A model generated the notes under the pieces. The model worked only from the letters and a program-made list of their open reading frames with translations, had not been told where the DNA came from and did not search any database. The position numbers and the translations under genes are program-made. Below are positions 1-9,711 of a stretch of DNA of 64,000 nt, in pieces. Source of the DNA: Thermoplasmatota archaeon (GTDB taxonomy: Archaea > Thermoplasmatota > Penumbrarchaeia > Penumbrarchaeales > Penumbrarchaeaceae); NCBI GenBank assembly GCA_048569615.1, contig JBLIRK010000002.1, positions 8,390 through 72,389 on the forward strand, written 5' to 3'. Position 1 is the stretch's first letter. Each line of letters starts with the position of its first letter.

Positions 1-1743
1 ATCATTTTGTGTCGAACCGATATAAGTTGAATAATTAGGGCAATTAGTAGAAAGGTCAAGGTTCATAACGAAGGGATCGAAACCGCCTGGTTTGGTATTG
101 TCGTAGGCGTTCAATGTAACGGGAAGATCAATAGATTCCGAACTTCCGTAAACAGTCACATTACTGCTGTTCTCGAACCATATCTCCCTCACGGTCTCAA
201 AGTCAGAACCTCCGATGTATGTGGAATATCTCAGGTTTGCTGAAGAGATATTTAGAACTGTCAGAAAGAGGTCAAGGCCCCCTCCGAAGGTCGTATCGAA
301 TGAATTTTCCTCGGTTGGGTAATCCATCGAATCCGTGGTGCCGGCAATACATATCTCATGGTCGTTCAACAGAGAGAGCTCAACTCCAGTATCACTTCCT
401 GCGCCTCCAAGATACGTCCCGTATTTCAATCCCGAGAGGTTCTTCCCGAGCTCTAAGAGAAACGCGTCCCTGTATCCTGCGCGTGAACTCTGATAGGCAT
501 CCCTTGTTTTTGGAAGGCTATCGCTTTCCGTGTATCCTGTTATCCAGAGATCGCCATCTTCATCCATTCTGGTCTTGAACACCTCCCCGTGGTCAGGGTC
601 AAGATAGAATGCCGATATCATCAACGTTGAAAGGGAGGGATCGAATTTGGAATAGAAGTTCACATTGTCCTGGAAGGTAACGCCGTTGAACGATGTCGTT
701 GTGGGGTAGTCATCGGATTGTGTGCTACCGATCGCCACTATGTTCCCGTCAGGATCAATGAACAGCTCCCCGGAATATTCTACAGTGCTACCCCCGAAAT
801 ATGTGGAGATGAGAAGCTGGGAGGCATCAGAGTTGAACTTTGATATGAAATTATCATGAAAGCCGTTGTAACTTGGGGAATATGAACCGGGTGTGGTGGG
901 GAAATTCAAAGAATCCACCATTCCGTAAAGATAGATCTCCCCATTATCATCGAAGGCGAAGGAGGAAGGCCATTCATCCATGGAGCCTCCGAGGAATGTG
1001 GAGAAAATCAGGGGATCGATAACAAGCTCGTGGTCGGGATCATAATCGACATCGTAGGAAACTGTATTTCTATTGACATATATGGATGCAGGTAATTGCT
1101 TTTTCAGACCATTGATATTTTGGTAGACGTAAAATGACCCGTCGATCAAGGTCTTACCTTTAAGTTCTATAAAAAGCTCCTGACCGTTCGTACTTAGGTC
1201 AGCTCCATGGAATACCATCTTGATATCGGTAAGATCGGATCCGGGACGGAGAAGGAATTCGTACTTCAATCCCTCCTCCTTTATCGTGTACTTAAGATCG
1301 ATCCCATCGTAGAGGTTCCTGTAAATAAGTGTGCTGTAGCTCTGAAGACCCGTTACCCAGAGCTCCCTAGGACCAACGAAAAAATTGGAGATCGTACCAG
1401 TCGGCTCGTCCCCGATTGGAACGACGTGTCTGGCTCCTTTGAATTCAACGGAGTAAACTGAGAAGGAAGGAATCGATTCGTCATTAACGCAAATGAATTC
1501 CCTTAAAACAACTCTATCATCCATGAAATAAACGTTCGGTCCTGTGAACAGTATCTCCTCGTTCGTGAGACGGCCCATGTTCGGTACGAAAAACTGCCGA
1601 TCGGGACATCGATCAAGAAAGCCCACCTCTTCTCCATTATTGTTATCCGGAACCAAACGGTTAGAACCTTCTGAGGTTATTTGAAAATACGAAGCTCCAG
1701 AGAACATCAACAGTGCCAATACCATTAGGACCATCGCTCTCAC
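1..1743 (-). CDS. Secreted SBBP (beta-propeller) repeat protein, 3' end beyond window
   Basis: Read by eye, not in the ORF track because no stop lies in the window. GTG start after GGAGTGA; hydrophobic N-terminus (MVLMVLALLMFSGAS); FFVPNMGRL N-domain motif; repeated YSTYIGG/YGTYLGG motifs continuing to position 1. Confidence 0.8.
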   Translation of the reverse strand, partial: MRAMVLMVLALLMFSGASYFQITSEGSNRLVPDNNNGEEVGFLDRCPDRQFFVPNMGRLTNEEILFTGPNVYFMDDRVVLREFICVNDESIPSFSVYSVEFKGARHVVPIGDEPTGTISNFFVGPRELWVTGLQSYSTLIYRNLYDGIDLKYTIKEEGLKYEFLLRPGSDLTDIKMVFHGADLSTNGQELFIELKGKTLIDGSFYVYQNINGLKKQLPASIYVNRNTVSYDVDYDPDHELVIDPLIFSTFLGGSMDEWPSSFAFDDNGEIYLYGMVDSLNFPTTPGSYSPSYNGFHDNFISKFNSDASQLLISTYFGGSTVEYSGELFIDPDGNIVAIGSTQSDDYPTTTSFNGVTFQDNVNFYSKFDPSLSTLMISAFYLDPDHGEVFKTRMDEDGDLWITGYTESDSLPKTRDAYQSSRAGYRDAFLLELGKNLSGLKYGTYLGGAGSDTGVELSLLNDHEICIAGTTDSMDYPTEENSFDTTFGGGLDLFLTVLNISSANLRYSTYIGGSDFETVREIWFENSSNVTVYGSSESIDLPVTLNAYDNTKPGGFDPFVMNLDLSTNCPNYSTYIGSTQND

Positions 1744-1959
1744 AGTATCACTCCGCGAGAACATCGTGAATATTGATTATTAATTGAATTGGAACTCTTT
1801 TTTTACTATTATTTAATTTTTTTTATACGATTGAAAGGAGCTGAAAGAACCTTGTGGACATTCATATGAATTCATGATATCCCTATTTTGAGAACTGTCT
1901 TATATCCTTCTATAATTATTAATAGTTAGAAACCCAATATTTCGCAGGAGGAGAGCAAC

Positions 1960-2232
1960 ATGGCGGAAGAAGAAAACCCGTTCCTTATAAAGCCCAAACC
2001 AGCTAATGCCCAAGAGAAAAAGGATGAGCCGAAGATAGAGGAATTCTCCTTCATGGTGGACCCCACGGAAGCCAAGAAGATCCACGACCAGATCGATCCA
2101 CACGGCACCAAGCCGCATTATGAGAAGGCCGGCACTCCCATATGGGACAAGAAGGATGTCAAGGACATCGACAATCCGGACTACGAAGTGGTGGACCACA
2201 CTAAGATGAAGAAAGAGGATGAGGAGACCTAG
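1960..2232 (+). CDS. Small charged hypothetical protein (90 aa)
   Basis: AGGAGGAG RBS before ATG, AT-rich promoter-like region upstream, fills the gap before the convergent pdhC. Confidence 0.7.
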   Translation: MAEEENPFLIKPKPANAQEKKDEPKIEEFSFMVDPTEAKKIHDQIDPHGTKPHYEKAGTPIWDKKDVKDIDNPDYEVVDHTKMKKEDEET

Positions 2233-2269
2233 GTATAGCCCCATCCTTCCAGGGATCCCTTGATACCGG

Positions 2270-3505
2270 CTAAGCAAACATCATCCCGGGATTCTCAAGA
2301 TATTCCTTCAGGGTGTTGATGAACCTGGAAACCTCGGCGCCGTCGATTATCCTGTGATCGAAGGATACTGATATCCCCATTATCTTCCTGACCATGATCT
2401 CTCCGTCCACTACCCTGGGGAGCTCTCTTATCTTGCCGATACCGAGGATCGCAGCTTCCGGGAAATTGATGATCGGCACACCGAACAAGCCGCCTATGGC
2501 TCCGAAGTTGGATATGGTGAAGGTCCCTCCCCGAAGCTCGGCCAGGTCTATGGTCCTGTCCTTTGCGATCTTTATCAGCCTCTCCATATCCTTCTGAATT
2601 TCAACAAGCTCCTTTGTCTCAACCCTCTTGACCACAGGGACCATGAGACCGGCTTCCGTATCGGTGGCCACGCCGATATTGTAGTACTCCTTGATGATGA
2701 TCTCCTCGTTCTCCTCGTCCAGTGTGGAATTGAGAGTGGGATGCTTCATCAGGGACTTCTGAACTGCCTTGATGATGAACGGCATGAAGGTGAGCTTCTC
2801 GTCCTTCCCGGCAAGCTCCCTGTTCATTCCCTTCCTGAGGTCCCAGAGTGCAGTCATGTCCACCTCATCCATTGCTGCGGCGTGGGGAGCGGTGAACTTG
2901 GATTCCGTCAATCTGTTCCCGATGACCTCCCTGAGCCCCTTGTAGCTCTCATACCTGATGTGTCCGTAGAAATCGTAGTTCAATTTCACACGGATCGACT
3001 TCTGCTTCTGTGGAGGCCCGGGAGATGGCTCTTCGTTGGATTTGATGTAATTCAACAGGTCCTCCTCCGTTATCCTGCCCCTGGGCCCGGTTCCTTTCAC
3101 ATAGAAAAGGTCAATTCCCTTCTCCTTTGCTAACTTCCTGATCCTGGGGAGAGCGAAGACCTTTCCTCCCGAAGGTGCTCCCTGAGCCTTCCGCTCCTTC
3201 GGAGCCTCATTGACCTCCTCTTTATCGCCGGAGGGAGCCGAAGAAGGTCGTGGAGTATCTTCCTCATCATCGTTTCCTATGGTGACCATTGTCTCGCCCA
3301 CCTTGACCTTTTCCCCCTCCGGGACCAGGATCTTCAAAACGGTCCCGTCGGCGGGAGAGGGCATGTCAACGATCGCCTTGTCCGTCTCGACCTGGGCCAG
3401 CGTCTGGTCTTCCTCAATTGTGTCACCTTCCCTCACTAACCAAGCCTTTATCATTCCCTCGGTGATCCCTTCCCCCACATCGGGGAACTTGAACTCGGTT
3501 ACCAT
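2270..3505 (-). CDS. pdhC: 2-oxoacid dehydrogenase E2, dihydrolipoamide acyltransferase
   Basis: Single lipoyl domain (VETDKA), peripheral subunit-binding domain (GTGPRGRITEED), catalytic FDHRIIDGA. Confidence 0.95.
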   Translation of the reverse strand: MVTEFKFPDVGEGITEGMIKAWLVREGDTIEEDQTLAQVETDKAIVDMPSPADGTVLKILVPEGEKVKVGETMVTIGNDDEEDTPRPSSAPSGDKEEVNEAPKERKAQGAPSGGKVFALPRIRKLAKEKGIDLFYVKGTGPRGRITEEDLLNYIKSNEEPSPGPPQKQKSIRVKLNYDFYGHIRYESYKGLREVIGNRLTESKFTAPHAAAMDEVDMTALWDLRKGMNRELAGKDEKLTFMPFIIKAVQKSLMKHPTLNSTLDEENEEIIIKEYYNIGVATDTEAGLMVPVVKRVETKELVEIQKDMERLIKIAKDRTIDLAELRGGTFTISNFGAIGGLFGVPIINFPEAAILGIGKIRELPRVVDGEIMVRKIMGISVSFDHRIIDGAEVSRFINTLKEYLENPGMMFA

Positions 3506-4476
3506 GTAAGCACCTCCCTTACACCTTTCACTATACGGTCGAGGTCCGGCATTGCCCAGTGTTCCATCTTGTAGAAGGGGAATGGGACGTCGAATCCGGT
3601 TACGCGAACCGCCGGAGCCTCCATAGAGTCCAGAACATCCTCCTGGGCCCTGGTTATTATCTCGGAGGCAAATCCCGCTGTTCTGGGAGCTTCCTGGACA
3701 ACAAGCAGCCTTCCGGTCCTCTTCACCGACCAGTTCACAGTCTCCTCATCGTAGGGTGAGATGGTCCTGACATCTATGACCTCCGCATCTATGCCCTTGG
3801 ATTCAACAAGCTCCGCCGCCTTCAGCAATTTCGGCATAATAGAGCCCCACCCCACCATGGTAAGGTCCTTTCCCTTCCTGACAACCTTCGCCTTTCCGAG
3901 CTCAACGGTATATGCATCTTCCGGGACCTCCGTCTTCCCCAGCCTGTACAATCTCTTGGGCTCCAGGAAAACCACGGGATCAGGATCCCTTATGGAGGAG
4001 ATCAGCAGACCCTTGGCATCATATGGAGTGCTGGGTATCACCGTCTTAAGCCCTGGAATGTGCGCCAGGATCGATTCGAAGCTCTCAGCGTGGTGCTCCA
4101 GGGCCCTCACACCTCCGCCGTAAGGAGCCCTTACAACAAGGGGGACAGAGAATCTTCCCTGGGTCCTGTTCCTAAGCCTCGATGCATGGGAGCTGATCTG
4201 ATCAAGAGCCGGCCACATGAAGCCCATGAACTGCATCTCGGCCACGGGTTTCATGCCTGCGAGGGCCATCCCGATAGAAAAACCGACGATGCCCGATTCG
4301 GCAAGAGGGGTATCTATGACCCTATTCTCTCCGAACTTCTCGTAGAGCCCTTCCGTGATCCTGAACACTCCGCCGTTCAGTCCGACATCCTCTCCGAGAA
4401 CTGCAACCTTTTTATCCAGCTCCATCTCGTTGTGCAGAGCGCTGTTTATGGCTTCGGCCATGTTCATCTCCTTCAC
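3499..4476 (-). CDS. pdhB: 2-oxoacid (pyruvate or branched-chain) dehydrogenase E1 beta
   Basis: GEDVGLNGGVFRIT, DTPLAESGIVG, EPKRLYR motifs; overlaps both neighbours. Confidence 0.95.
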   Translation of the reverse strand: MKEMNMAEAINSALHNEMELDKKVAVLGEDVGLNGGVFRITEGLYEKFGENRVIDTPLAESGIVGFSIGMALAGMKPVAEMQFMGFMWPALDQISSHASRLRNRTQGRFSVPLVVRAPYGGGVRALEHHAESFESILAHIPGLKTVIPSTPYDAKGLLISSIRDPDPVVFLEPKRLYRLGKTEVPEDAYTVELGKAKVVRKGKDLTMVGWGSIMPKLLKAAELVESKGIDAEVIDVRTISPYDEETVNWSVKRTGRLLVVQEAPRTAGFASEIITRAQEDVLDSMEAPAVRVTGFDVPFPFYKMEHWAMPDLDRIVKGVREVLTW

Positions 4477-5588
4477 GGGAACCCCCCCTGTATCTCGGAG
4501 GCGTCCTCCTCGATCTCCTTTTCCTTCATACTCTTCTTGAGATATTCGAGCTGCTCCAACAGGTTCGGGGGCATCTCACCGAACATGTACTTGAAAAGGT
4601 CCTCGGGTTCGAGGTCGGGGAGGGACTCGGCGTATTTCACGGACTCCTTTATCAGCCCCTTCGCCTTCTCCACTAACCGTTTCTCCCATTCTTCGGTCCA
4701 CAGCCCCTTGCCCTCCAGGAATATCCTGAATCTCTTAAGTGGGTCCTTGTCCTCCCATTCCCTCTGCTCTTCCTCCGTCCTGTATCTCGTCGGATCATCG
4801 GCGGTGGTATGCATAAGCCGTCTGTATGTGAATGCCTCGATGAAGGTTGGTCCGCCTCCTTCCCTTGCGTTATCGAGCGCCTTCTTGGTTGCCATATATA
4901 CGGCAAGGATATCGTTTCCGTCCACATATACGCCGGGGAAGCCGTAGGCTTCCCCTTTCTGGGCTATGGTCCTTGATGCGGTCTGCCTCTTCCGGGAAAC
5001 GCTTATGGCCCACTGGTTGTTCTGAACGAGATAAACAACCGGAGCCTGAAAAACACCTGCGAAGTTCATACCTTCGTGGAAATCACCTTCGGATGTGCCT
5101 CCGTCCCCGAGGAAACAAAGTACGGCGCTCTTTTCGTTGTTAACCTTCTTCGCCCAGGCGAATCCGGCGGCAATGGGGAGCTGGGTAGAGACGGGAACGA
5201 AAATGGGAAAGCTCTTTGTCCCCTCTGGCACCCTGTTTCCCCTTACATCTCCCATGAAGTAGAGCAGGTTGTACTCGAAGGGGAGCTCCTTGATCATATA
5301 TGCGGGGAGCTCCCTGAACGAGGGAAACAACCAGTCTTCCGCTCCCATCGCCAGGGCGCCTCCTACCTGGGCCGCTTCCTGTCCGGTTCCGGGAGCATAG
5401 GTTCCAAGACGTCCCTGCCTCTGGAGCTTGATGGCCTTGTCGTCGGCCATCCTTCCGTAGAGCATCCACCAGTACATGTTCTTCAACGTTTCATCGTCCA
5501 GACCGGGATCCTCTCCGACGAGGTTCCCGTCCTTGTCGATGATCTGATAGAGCTCGCAGTCCTGCGGTAGACATTCTCGCGGGTCCAT
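4473..5588 (-). CDS. pdhA: 2-oxoacid dehydrogenase E1 alpha
   Basis: TPP motif GDGGTSEGDFHEGMNFA...NNQWAIS; HTTADDPTRYR loop; GGAGG RBS. Confidence 0.95.
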   Translation of the reverse strand: MDPRECLPQDCELYQIIDKDGNLVGEDPGLDDETLKNMYWWMLYGRMADDKAIKLQRQGRLGTYAPGTGQEAAQVGGALAMGAEDWLFPSFRELPAYMIKELPFEYNLLYFMGDVRGNRVPEGTKSFPIFVPVSTQLPIAAGFAWAKKVNNEKSAVLCFLGDGGTSEGDFHEGMNFAGVFQAPVVYLVQNNQWAISVSRKRQTASRTIAQKGEAYGFPGVYVDGNDILAVYMATKKALDNAREGGGPTFIEAFTYRRLMHTTADDPTRYRTEEEQREWEDKDPLKRFRIFLEGKGLWTEEWEKRLVEKAKGLIKESVKYAESLPDLEPEDLFKYMFGEMPPNLLEQLEYLKKSMKEKEIEEDASEIQGGFP

Positions 5589-5628
5589 GCATAGACCTCC
5601 AAAATAGCCGAGGCTGAGAAGCTTCGGC

Positions 5629-5901
5629 TCACTCCTTTAGCGCCCACTCCTTCAGCCTTTCGTATGTCACTTCTCCGCAGAGGAAGGAGTCGTTCTTCTT
5701 GTTGTACATGAAGGGGACGCCGTTGCACCTTCCCCTGGAGTACTTCATCATGAGGTTCTGGTTCTGAGAATTGTGCCAGACCTCGTACCTTGTTATTACC
5801 ACGCCCTCCTCCTCCCTCAGCCTGTTGATGTACATCTCGAGCTGTATACAGGGGGGGCACTCTGCACCGTAAAAGTCCAATAGGTGTGATTCTTCCGCCA
5901 T
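5629..5901 (-). CDS. Thioredoxin/glutaredoxin-fold protein
   Basis: FYGAECPPC active-site motif, cis-Pro GVPF; co-oriented upstream of pdhA. Confidence 0.85.
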   Translation of the reverse strand: MAEESHLLDFYGAECPPCIQLEMYINRLREEEGVVITRYEVWHNSQNQNLMMKYSRGRCNGVPFMYNKKNDSFLCGEVTYERLKEWALKE

Positions 5902-6010
5902 TTTCGTTCACCTGCCTTTATATTGATTTGAGTCGGCCTCAAATTTCTTGGTAAACAACCTATATATTGGTAAGTTATTAAGGTTGCACCTAATATTTCA
6001 TTGACAATCC

Positions 6011-7330
6011 TTAGACCGCATTTCGCCACTCATGGGTGTTCAGTTCTTCGGCAGGAATTATTTTCAGCATCCTGAAGAGGGCCCCTATTGCATGCTGGGT
6101 ATAATCGATGCGTATCCATCTGCTCTGCCATCCCATGTCATCGTTGATCCTGTCAAAGAGGTCGTGCCTGAATCCTCCCAGAACAAGATGGGGAGATTCG
6201 AATTGGTAGGCCTCCTCCGTGTCGTACATGAGATTGCAGATGAATCCTGAGGCATTCAGAAGGACATCCGTGTACCTCTCTATCCTGTCGGTATCATCGA
6301 GCTTCATTGCCACACCCAGGACATCCGTCATTCCCTCGCAGTAGGTGCAGGTGTTCATGGACGGAAATGTCCTGAAGGAACCCCATAGCTCGGGGTATTC
6401 CGAGAGCTTCTCCTGATCGGGATAGGCGGGATTCCCGAAGTAGGAGCCGTAGTGGTACTTCAGCATCCATTCGGTGATATCGAATGCGGCATCGGCATAT
6501 TTCTGCTCCCCCGTCAAGTGGTATCCTTCGGAAAATGCAGACGACATCCATGAATAGTAAGCGGTGCTCATGTTCATGCAGTTCCCGTATGTCAGGAAGT
6601 TCATGTGGTAGGCTGCGGACTTCACATATCCCTCGAGATACTCCTCATCCCCCGTCACCTTGCAGGCAAGGGCCAGACCGAGGAGCGCTTCCCCCGATGC
6701 CATCATGTTCTCATCGAAGGAATCGCCTATCACATACTCGTAGGTGTAATCGAATCTTCCCTCGCTGTCCATGGAATCGAGGCACAGATTGGCAAGCCCC
6801 CGAACCCTGTAAAGGTGATCTTCATCACCTGTGGAATCATAAAGATAGCAGTAACCGATCAATGTGAGGGCGTTGTCGAAGAGGCTGGAGCGCTCACCGT
6901 TTAGTATATACTGGACATCCCCGTTGCGCCTTATCAGGCCTTCGACGTGGGCTGCGGCATCCTCGGCGCACTCCAGATACCTTTCATCGCCTGTATGTTC
7001 ATAGGCCCAGACCAGCGGATATATTGAAGCGCTGTGCCTTGCAAGGGAATACCCATATCGTGTGATCTCCGTGTTGTTGTCCGGATCGAAGATGTAAACA
7101 TAGGAGCCGTCGGTCCTCTGCACCCTTCCGAACCAATGCGCTCCGAGTACGGCTCCCCTTTCGATCGGATTGTCGAATTCCATACCTTCAACCTCACCGA
7201 GGTTGAAATCGTCCTTGAGCGGGGCTTTCTTGTTCCAGAAGGGGTAGACCACCGAGATGAGCAGGGTCATCAGGATGATCAGCACGACCACGCAGGCGGC
7301 AAGCACTATCCTTGCTGAAGTATCCCTCAA
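6011..7330 (-). CDS. Membrane-anchored alpha/alpha-toroid (six-hairpin-like) protein of unknown function
   Basis: N-terminal TM helix; repeated xxxTGDxxYL helical hairpins; YSLARH, GEALLGL and IRIDYTQHAIGAL motifs. Confidence 0.7.
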   Translation of the reverse strand: MRDTSARIVLAACVVVLIILMTLLISVVYPFWNKKAPLKDDFNLGEVEGMEFDNPIERGAVLGAHWFGRVQRTDGSYVYIFDPDNNTEITRYGYSLARHSASIYPLVWAYEHTGDERYLECAEDAAAHVEGLIRRNGDVQYILNGERSSLFDNALTLIGYCYLYDSTGDEDHLYRVRGLANLCLDSMDSEGRFDYTYEYVIGDSFDENMMASGEALLGLALACKVTGDEEYLEGYVKSAAYHMNFLTYGNCMNMSTAYYSWMSSAFSEGYHLTGEQKYADAAFDITEWMLKYHYGSYFGNPAYPDQEKLSEYPELWGSFRTFPSMNTCTYCEGMTDVLGVAMKLDDTDRIERYTDVLLNASGFICNLMYDTEEAYQFESPHLVLGGFRHDLFDRINDDMGWQSRWIRIDYTQHAIGALFRMLKIIPAEELNTHEWRNAV

Positions 7331-7571
7331 GTCGTTCTCCCCGTCAGGGAGATGCAGTCGTGATTATATATTTGATAGCATCGAAGTCCGGACCGTCCTC
7401 TTTCCATGACGGTAATTGAAACATCCTGAAGAGTCCTGGTAGTTCCGAAGCTTGTATCGATGCATCTGGCTTCGATTGTGGCCATACCATGTCAACCTTG
7501 AATTTGGTTTCAATACGATTCTTTCATATTATATGCAAACGATTTATACCCAGGTCGGGATTGAAGAGGCT

Positions 7572-8474
7572 GTGAAGGTCCAGAACAAGGCATATATCCT
7601 GGGACTGCTGGCCGTTGTAATATGGTCAACCGTGGCTTCAGTCTTCAAACTGACCCTTGAGCATACGGAACCTGTTTCAATGGTGTTCATAGCTTCGGTG
7701 GTATCCTCCGGAGTTCTTTTCGCAGCACTTGCCGCATCAGGCAAGCTTAGGAAGCTTTCTGCCCTTTCCATCCGAGATATCTGGTCCAATATCTTCCTTG
7801 GAATCCTAAATCCGTTCCTTTACTACATCGTCCTCTTTTCGACATACGACATTCTGAAAGCACAGGAAGCACAGGCTCTCAACTACACATGGCCGATCAT
7901 GCTCACACTGCTTTCCATGATCTTCCTCAAACAGCGAATAACCAGGGTCCAGATAGCTGCCGTTCTGCTATCTTTCATCGGAGTTCTCGTGATCACATCC
8001 AAGGGGAGTTTCTTCATGGGCACATCGATAGCACCGCTCGGTATCTTTCTGGGTCTGCTCTCGGCGGCGATATGGGCATCCTACTGGACCGTGGGGGTCA
8101 GCTCAAAGACCGATCCCATGGCAAGGCTGTTCCTGAACTTCCTATCCGGTTCCGTGGTGATCGGAATACTAGTTCTGATCAGAGGAGGGATACAGATCGA
8201 TGGGATGAAAGGGCTCCTCGGTTCTGCCTACATAGGCATCTTCGAGATGGGGTTGACATTCATCATCTGGATGGGAGCCCTCAAACTATCATCGGACACC
8301 TCAAAGATCTCGAACCTGATCTACCTCAGCCCCTTCATATCCCTAGTTCTCATAAGTATCTTAGTGGGTGAAGACATCCTCCTCACAACGGTCGTGGGAC
8401 TGGTCCTGATCGTTCTCGGGATTATTCTCCAGAGATTTGACGACAGACGGAAGAGCACATCCAGGGCCGGGTAG
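7572..8474 (+). CDS. DMT/EamA family transporter
   Basis: About 10 TM helices in two EamA halves (LNYTWP, LIYLSPF); GTG start at 7572 preferred over the ORF-track start. Confidence 0.9.
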   Translation: MKVQNKAYILGLLAVVIWSTVASVFKLTLEHTEPVSMVFIASVVSSGVLFAALAASGKLRKLSALSIRDIWSNIFLGILNPFLYYIVLFSTYDILKAQEAQALNYTWPIMLTLLSMIFLKQRITRVQIAAVLLSFIGVLVITSKGSFFMGTSIAPLGIFLGLLSAAIWASYWTVGVSSKTDPMARLFLNFLSGSVVIGILVLIRGGIQIDGMKGLLGSAYIGIFEMGLTFIIWMGALKLSSDTSKISNLIYLSPFISLVLISILVGEDILLTTVVGLVLIVLGIILQRFDDRRKSTSRAG

Positions 8475-8571
8475 AATTAGCCAAGGCCCCCCATCCCTGA
8501 ATTCGAGGGACAGGGTGAAGTTTCAATGTTGAACCGAAATTTATTAAAAAGGACCGGATCGCTCCTTTATC

Positions 8572-8675
8572 AGCAAGAAAATGACACGGCAAGGGATCTA
8601 TGATTTTTGCCTCCACGCCCTAACAATCCTTCCTTCTTGCTCTATCCCTTGCCACTTTTTTCCTTTTTCTTCCTT
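8572..8675 (+). ncRNA. Candidate small RNA, element 1
   Basis: CGAAA-TTTATTAA promoter-like motif at 8535-8547; perfect 10-bp stem GGCAAGGGAT (8588-8597)/ATCCCTTGCC (8644-8653); C/U-rich loop; T-rich tract after 8655. Confidence 0.45.
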
Positions 8676-8728
8676 CCCAATGGAAATATATATCTATCTA
8701 ATCAAATATTTTCAAATTGAGGTCTCTA

Positions 8729-9178
8729 ATGTCCAGAATACAGGAATATATGGACCTCCAAGCCCGGAAAGAAGACCTTGTTTCGGATATTGAAATGATA
8801 TCCAGTAATTTCGATTGGTTCATTTTGAAGAGCGATCGAGGGTCCATAATAATGAGAGAGAAGGACAGGTTCGACCATTTCAATCCGGTCGAGGTGAACA
8901 TCAGGCTGATGGATTCTGATAACGGAACGAGATTGTTCATCTCATGCTCCAATTCCGGGTACGGCCCGGTGCAGGACAATTATGTCAGGGACCAGTATCA
9001 GAGGCTCCTCAGCGCGATAAGCATTGCCTCGCGGAAGCACAGGGATGCTTATCTGATGGAAAACGAAATGGAGCCGTCCATAGTCGAACAGTTGAAGAAA
9101 CTTGCCCAGCTCCACGACAGGGGCGAGCTCACCGATGAGGAGTTCAAACTGGCCAAGGAAAAGGTCCTGAACAGCTAG
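8729..9178 (+). CDS. SHOCT domain-containing protein
   Basis: C-terminal IVEQLKKLAQLHDRGELTDEEFKLAKEKVL matches the SHOCT pattern; GAGGT RBS before ATG 8729. Confidence 0.8.
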   Translation: MSRIQEYMDLQARKEDLVSDIEMISSNFDWFILKSDRGSIIMREKDRFDHFNPVEVNIRLMDSDNGTRLFISCSNSGYGPVQDNYVRDQYQRLLSAISIASRKHRDAYLMENEMEPSIVEQLKKLAQLHDRGELTDEEFKLAKEKVLNS

Positions 9179-9465
9179 CAGGGTTCAGTCCTGTCAACTC
9201 CGTATCTCTCCTTTATCTCGTTCAGCCAATCAAGCCATCTCTGCTTCCTTATCCCTATGAGCTTGACTGCTCCAAGCCTCTCGACCTCCTGGCCGTCCAG
9301 GTAGGCGACCACCGTGGGAACGAAATCCAATCGGTGCTCGATCCATAGGCGGGAGGCGTGGTCGGGGATTACAACGACCTTTCCATCGGGAATGTGCTTG
9401 AAGAACAGCCTCTCGAAGTGCTTGCAGAATGGGCATGAAGGCTGCTGGTAAAGGACGAACTCCAT
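9175..9465 (-). CDS. Thioredoxin-fold protein
   Basis: CPFC motif and FVPTVVAYLDGQEVERL. Confidence 0.8.
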   Translation of the reverse strand: MEFVLYQQPSCPFCKHFERLFFKHIPDGKVVVIPDHASRLWIEHRLDFVPTVVAYLDGQEVERLGAVKLIGIRKQRWLDWLNEIKERYGVDRTEPC

Positions 9466-9516
9466 GGTTTCTCGGAAAAATGGATTGTATTAAAGGTTTG
9501 TGCAGAAAAAATGAAT

Positions 9517-9603
9517 TGGTGCAGGGGAAGGGATTCGAACCCTCGGACCACTAAGGACTGGACCCTGAATCCAGCGCCGTTAACCAGGCTGAGCTACCCC
9601 TGC
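9517..9603 (-). tRNA. trnL: tRNA-Leu (anticodon CAG), CCA encoded, no intron
   Basis: Reverse complement GCAGGGG...CTGGA-TT-CAG-GG-TCCAG, long variable arm, GGTTCGAATCC T-arm, CCCCTGC-A-CCA. Confidence 0.97.
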
Positions 9604-9711
9604 GTTAAAAGTATGGGTCCAGTTCACCTATTACCCACGGTCATAAAACAACCGGTATAAAAAACCAACCTAATCATGCCATCATCAGGAACGAAGAATT
9701 AACTTCGGATA

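Noticed and set aside
219..1461. Plus-strand ORFs 219-578 and 1207-1461
   Set aside because: They lie antisense to the SBBP gene that the ORF track missed.
7340..7490. Possible roughly 50-aa minus-strand ORFs in the intergenic gap
   Set aside because: No RBS or recognisable motif; they overlap a probable promoter.
8572..8675. Box C/D guide RNA interpretation of the candidate sRNA
   Set aside because: No complete RUGAUGA box C and no CUGA box D in the expected positions.
9517..9603. tRNA-Leu as an integration site
   Set aside because: No integrase nearby and no duplicated tRNA 3' end noticed in the window.
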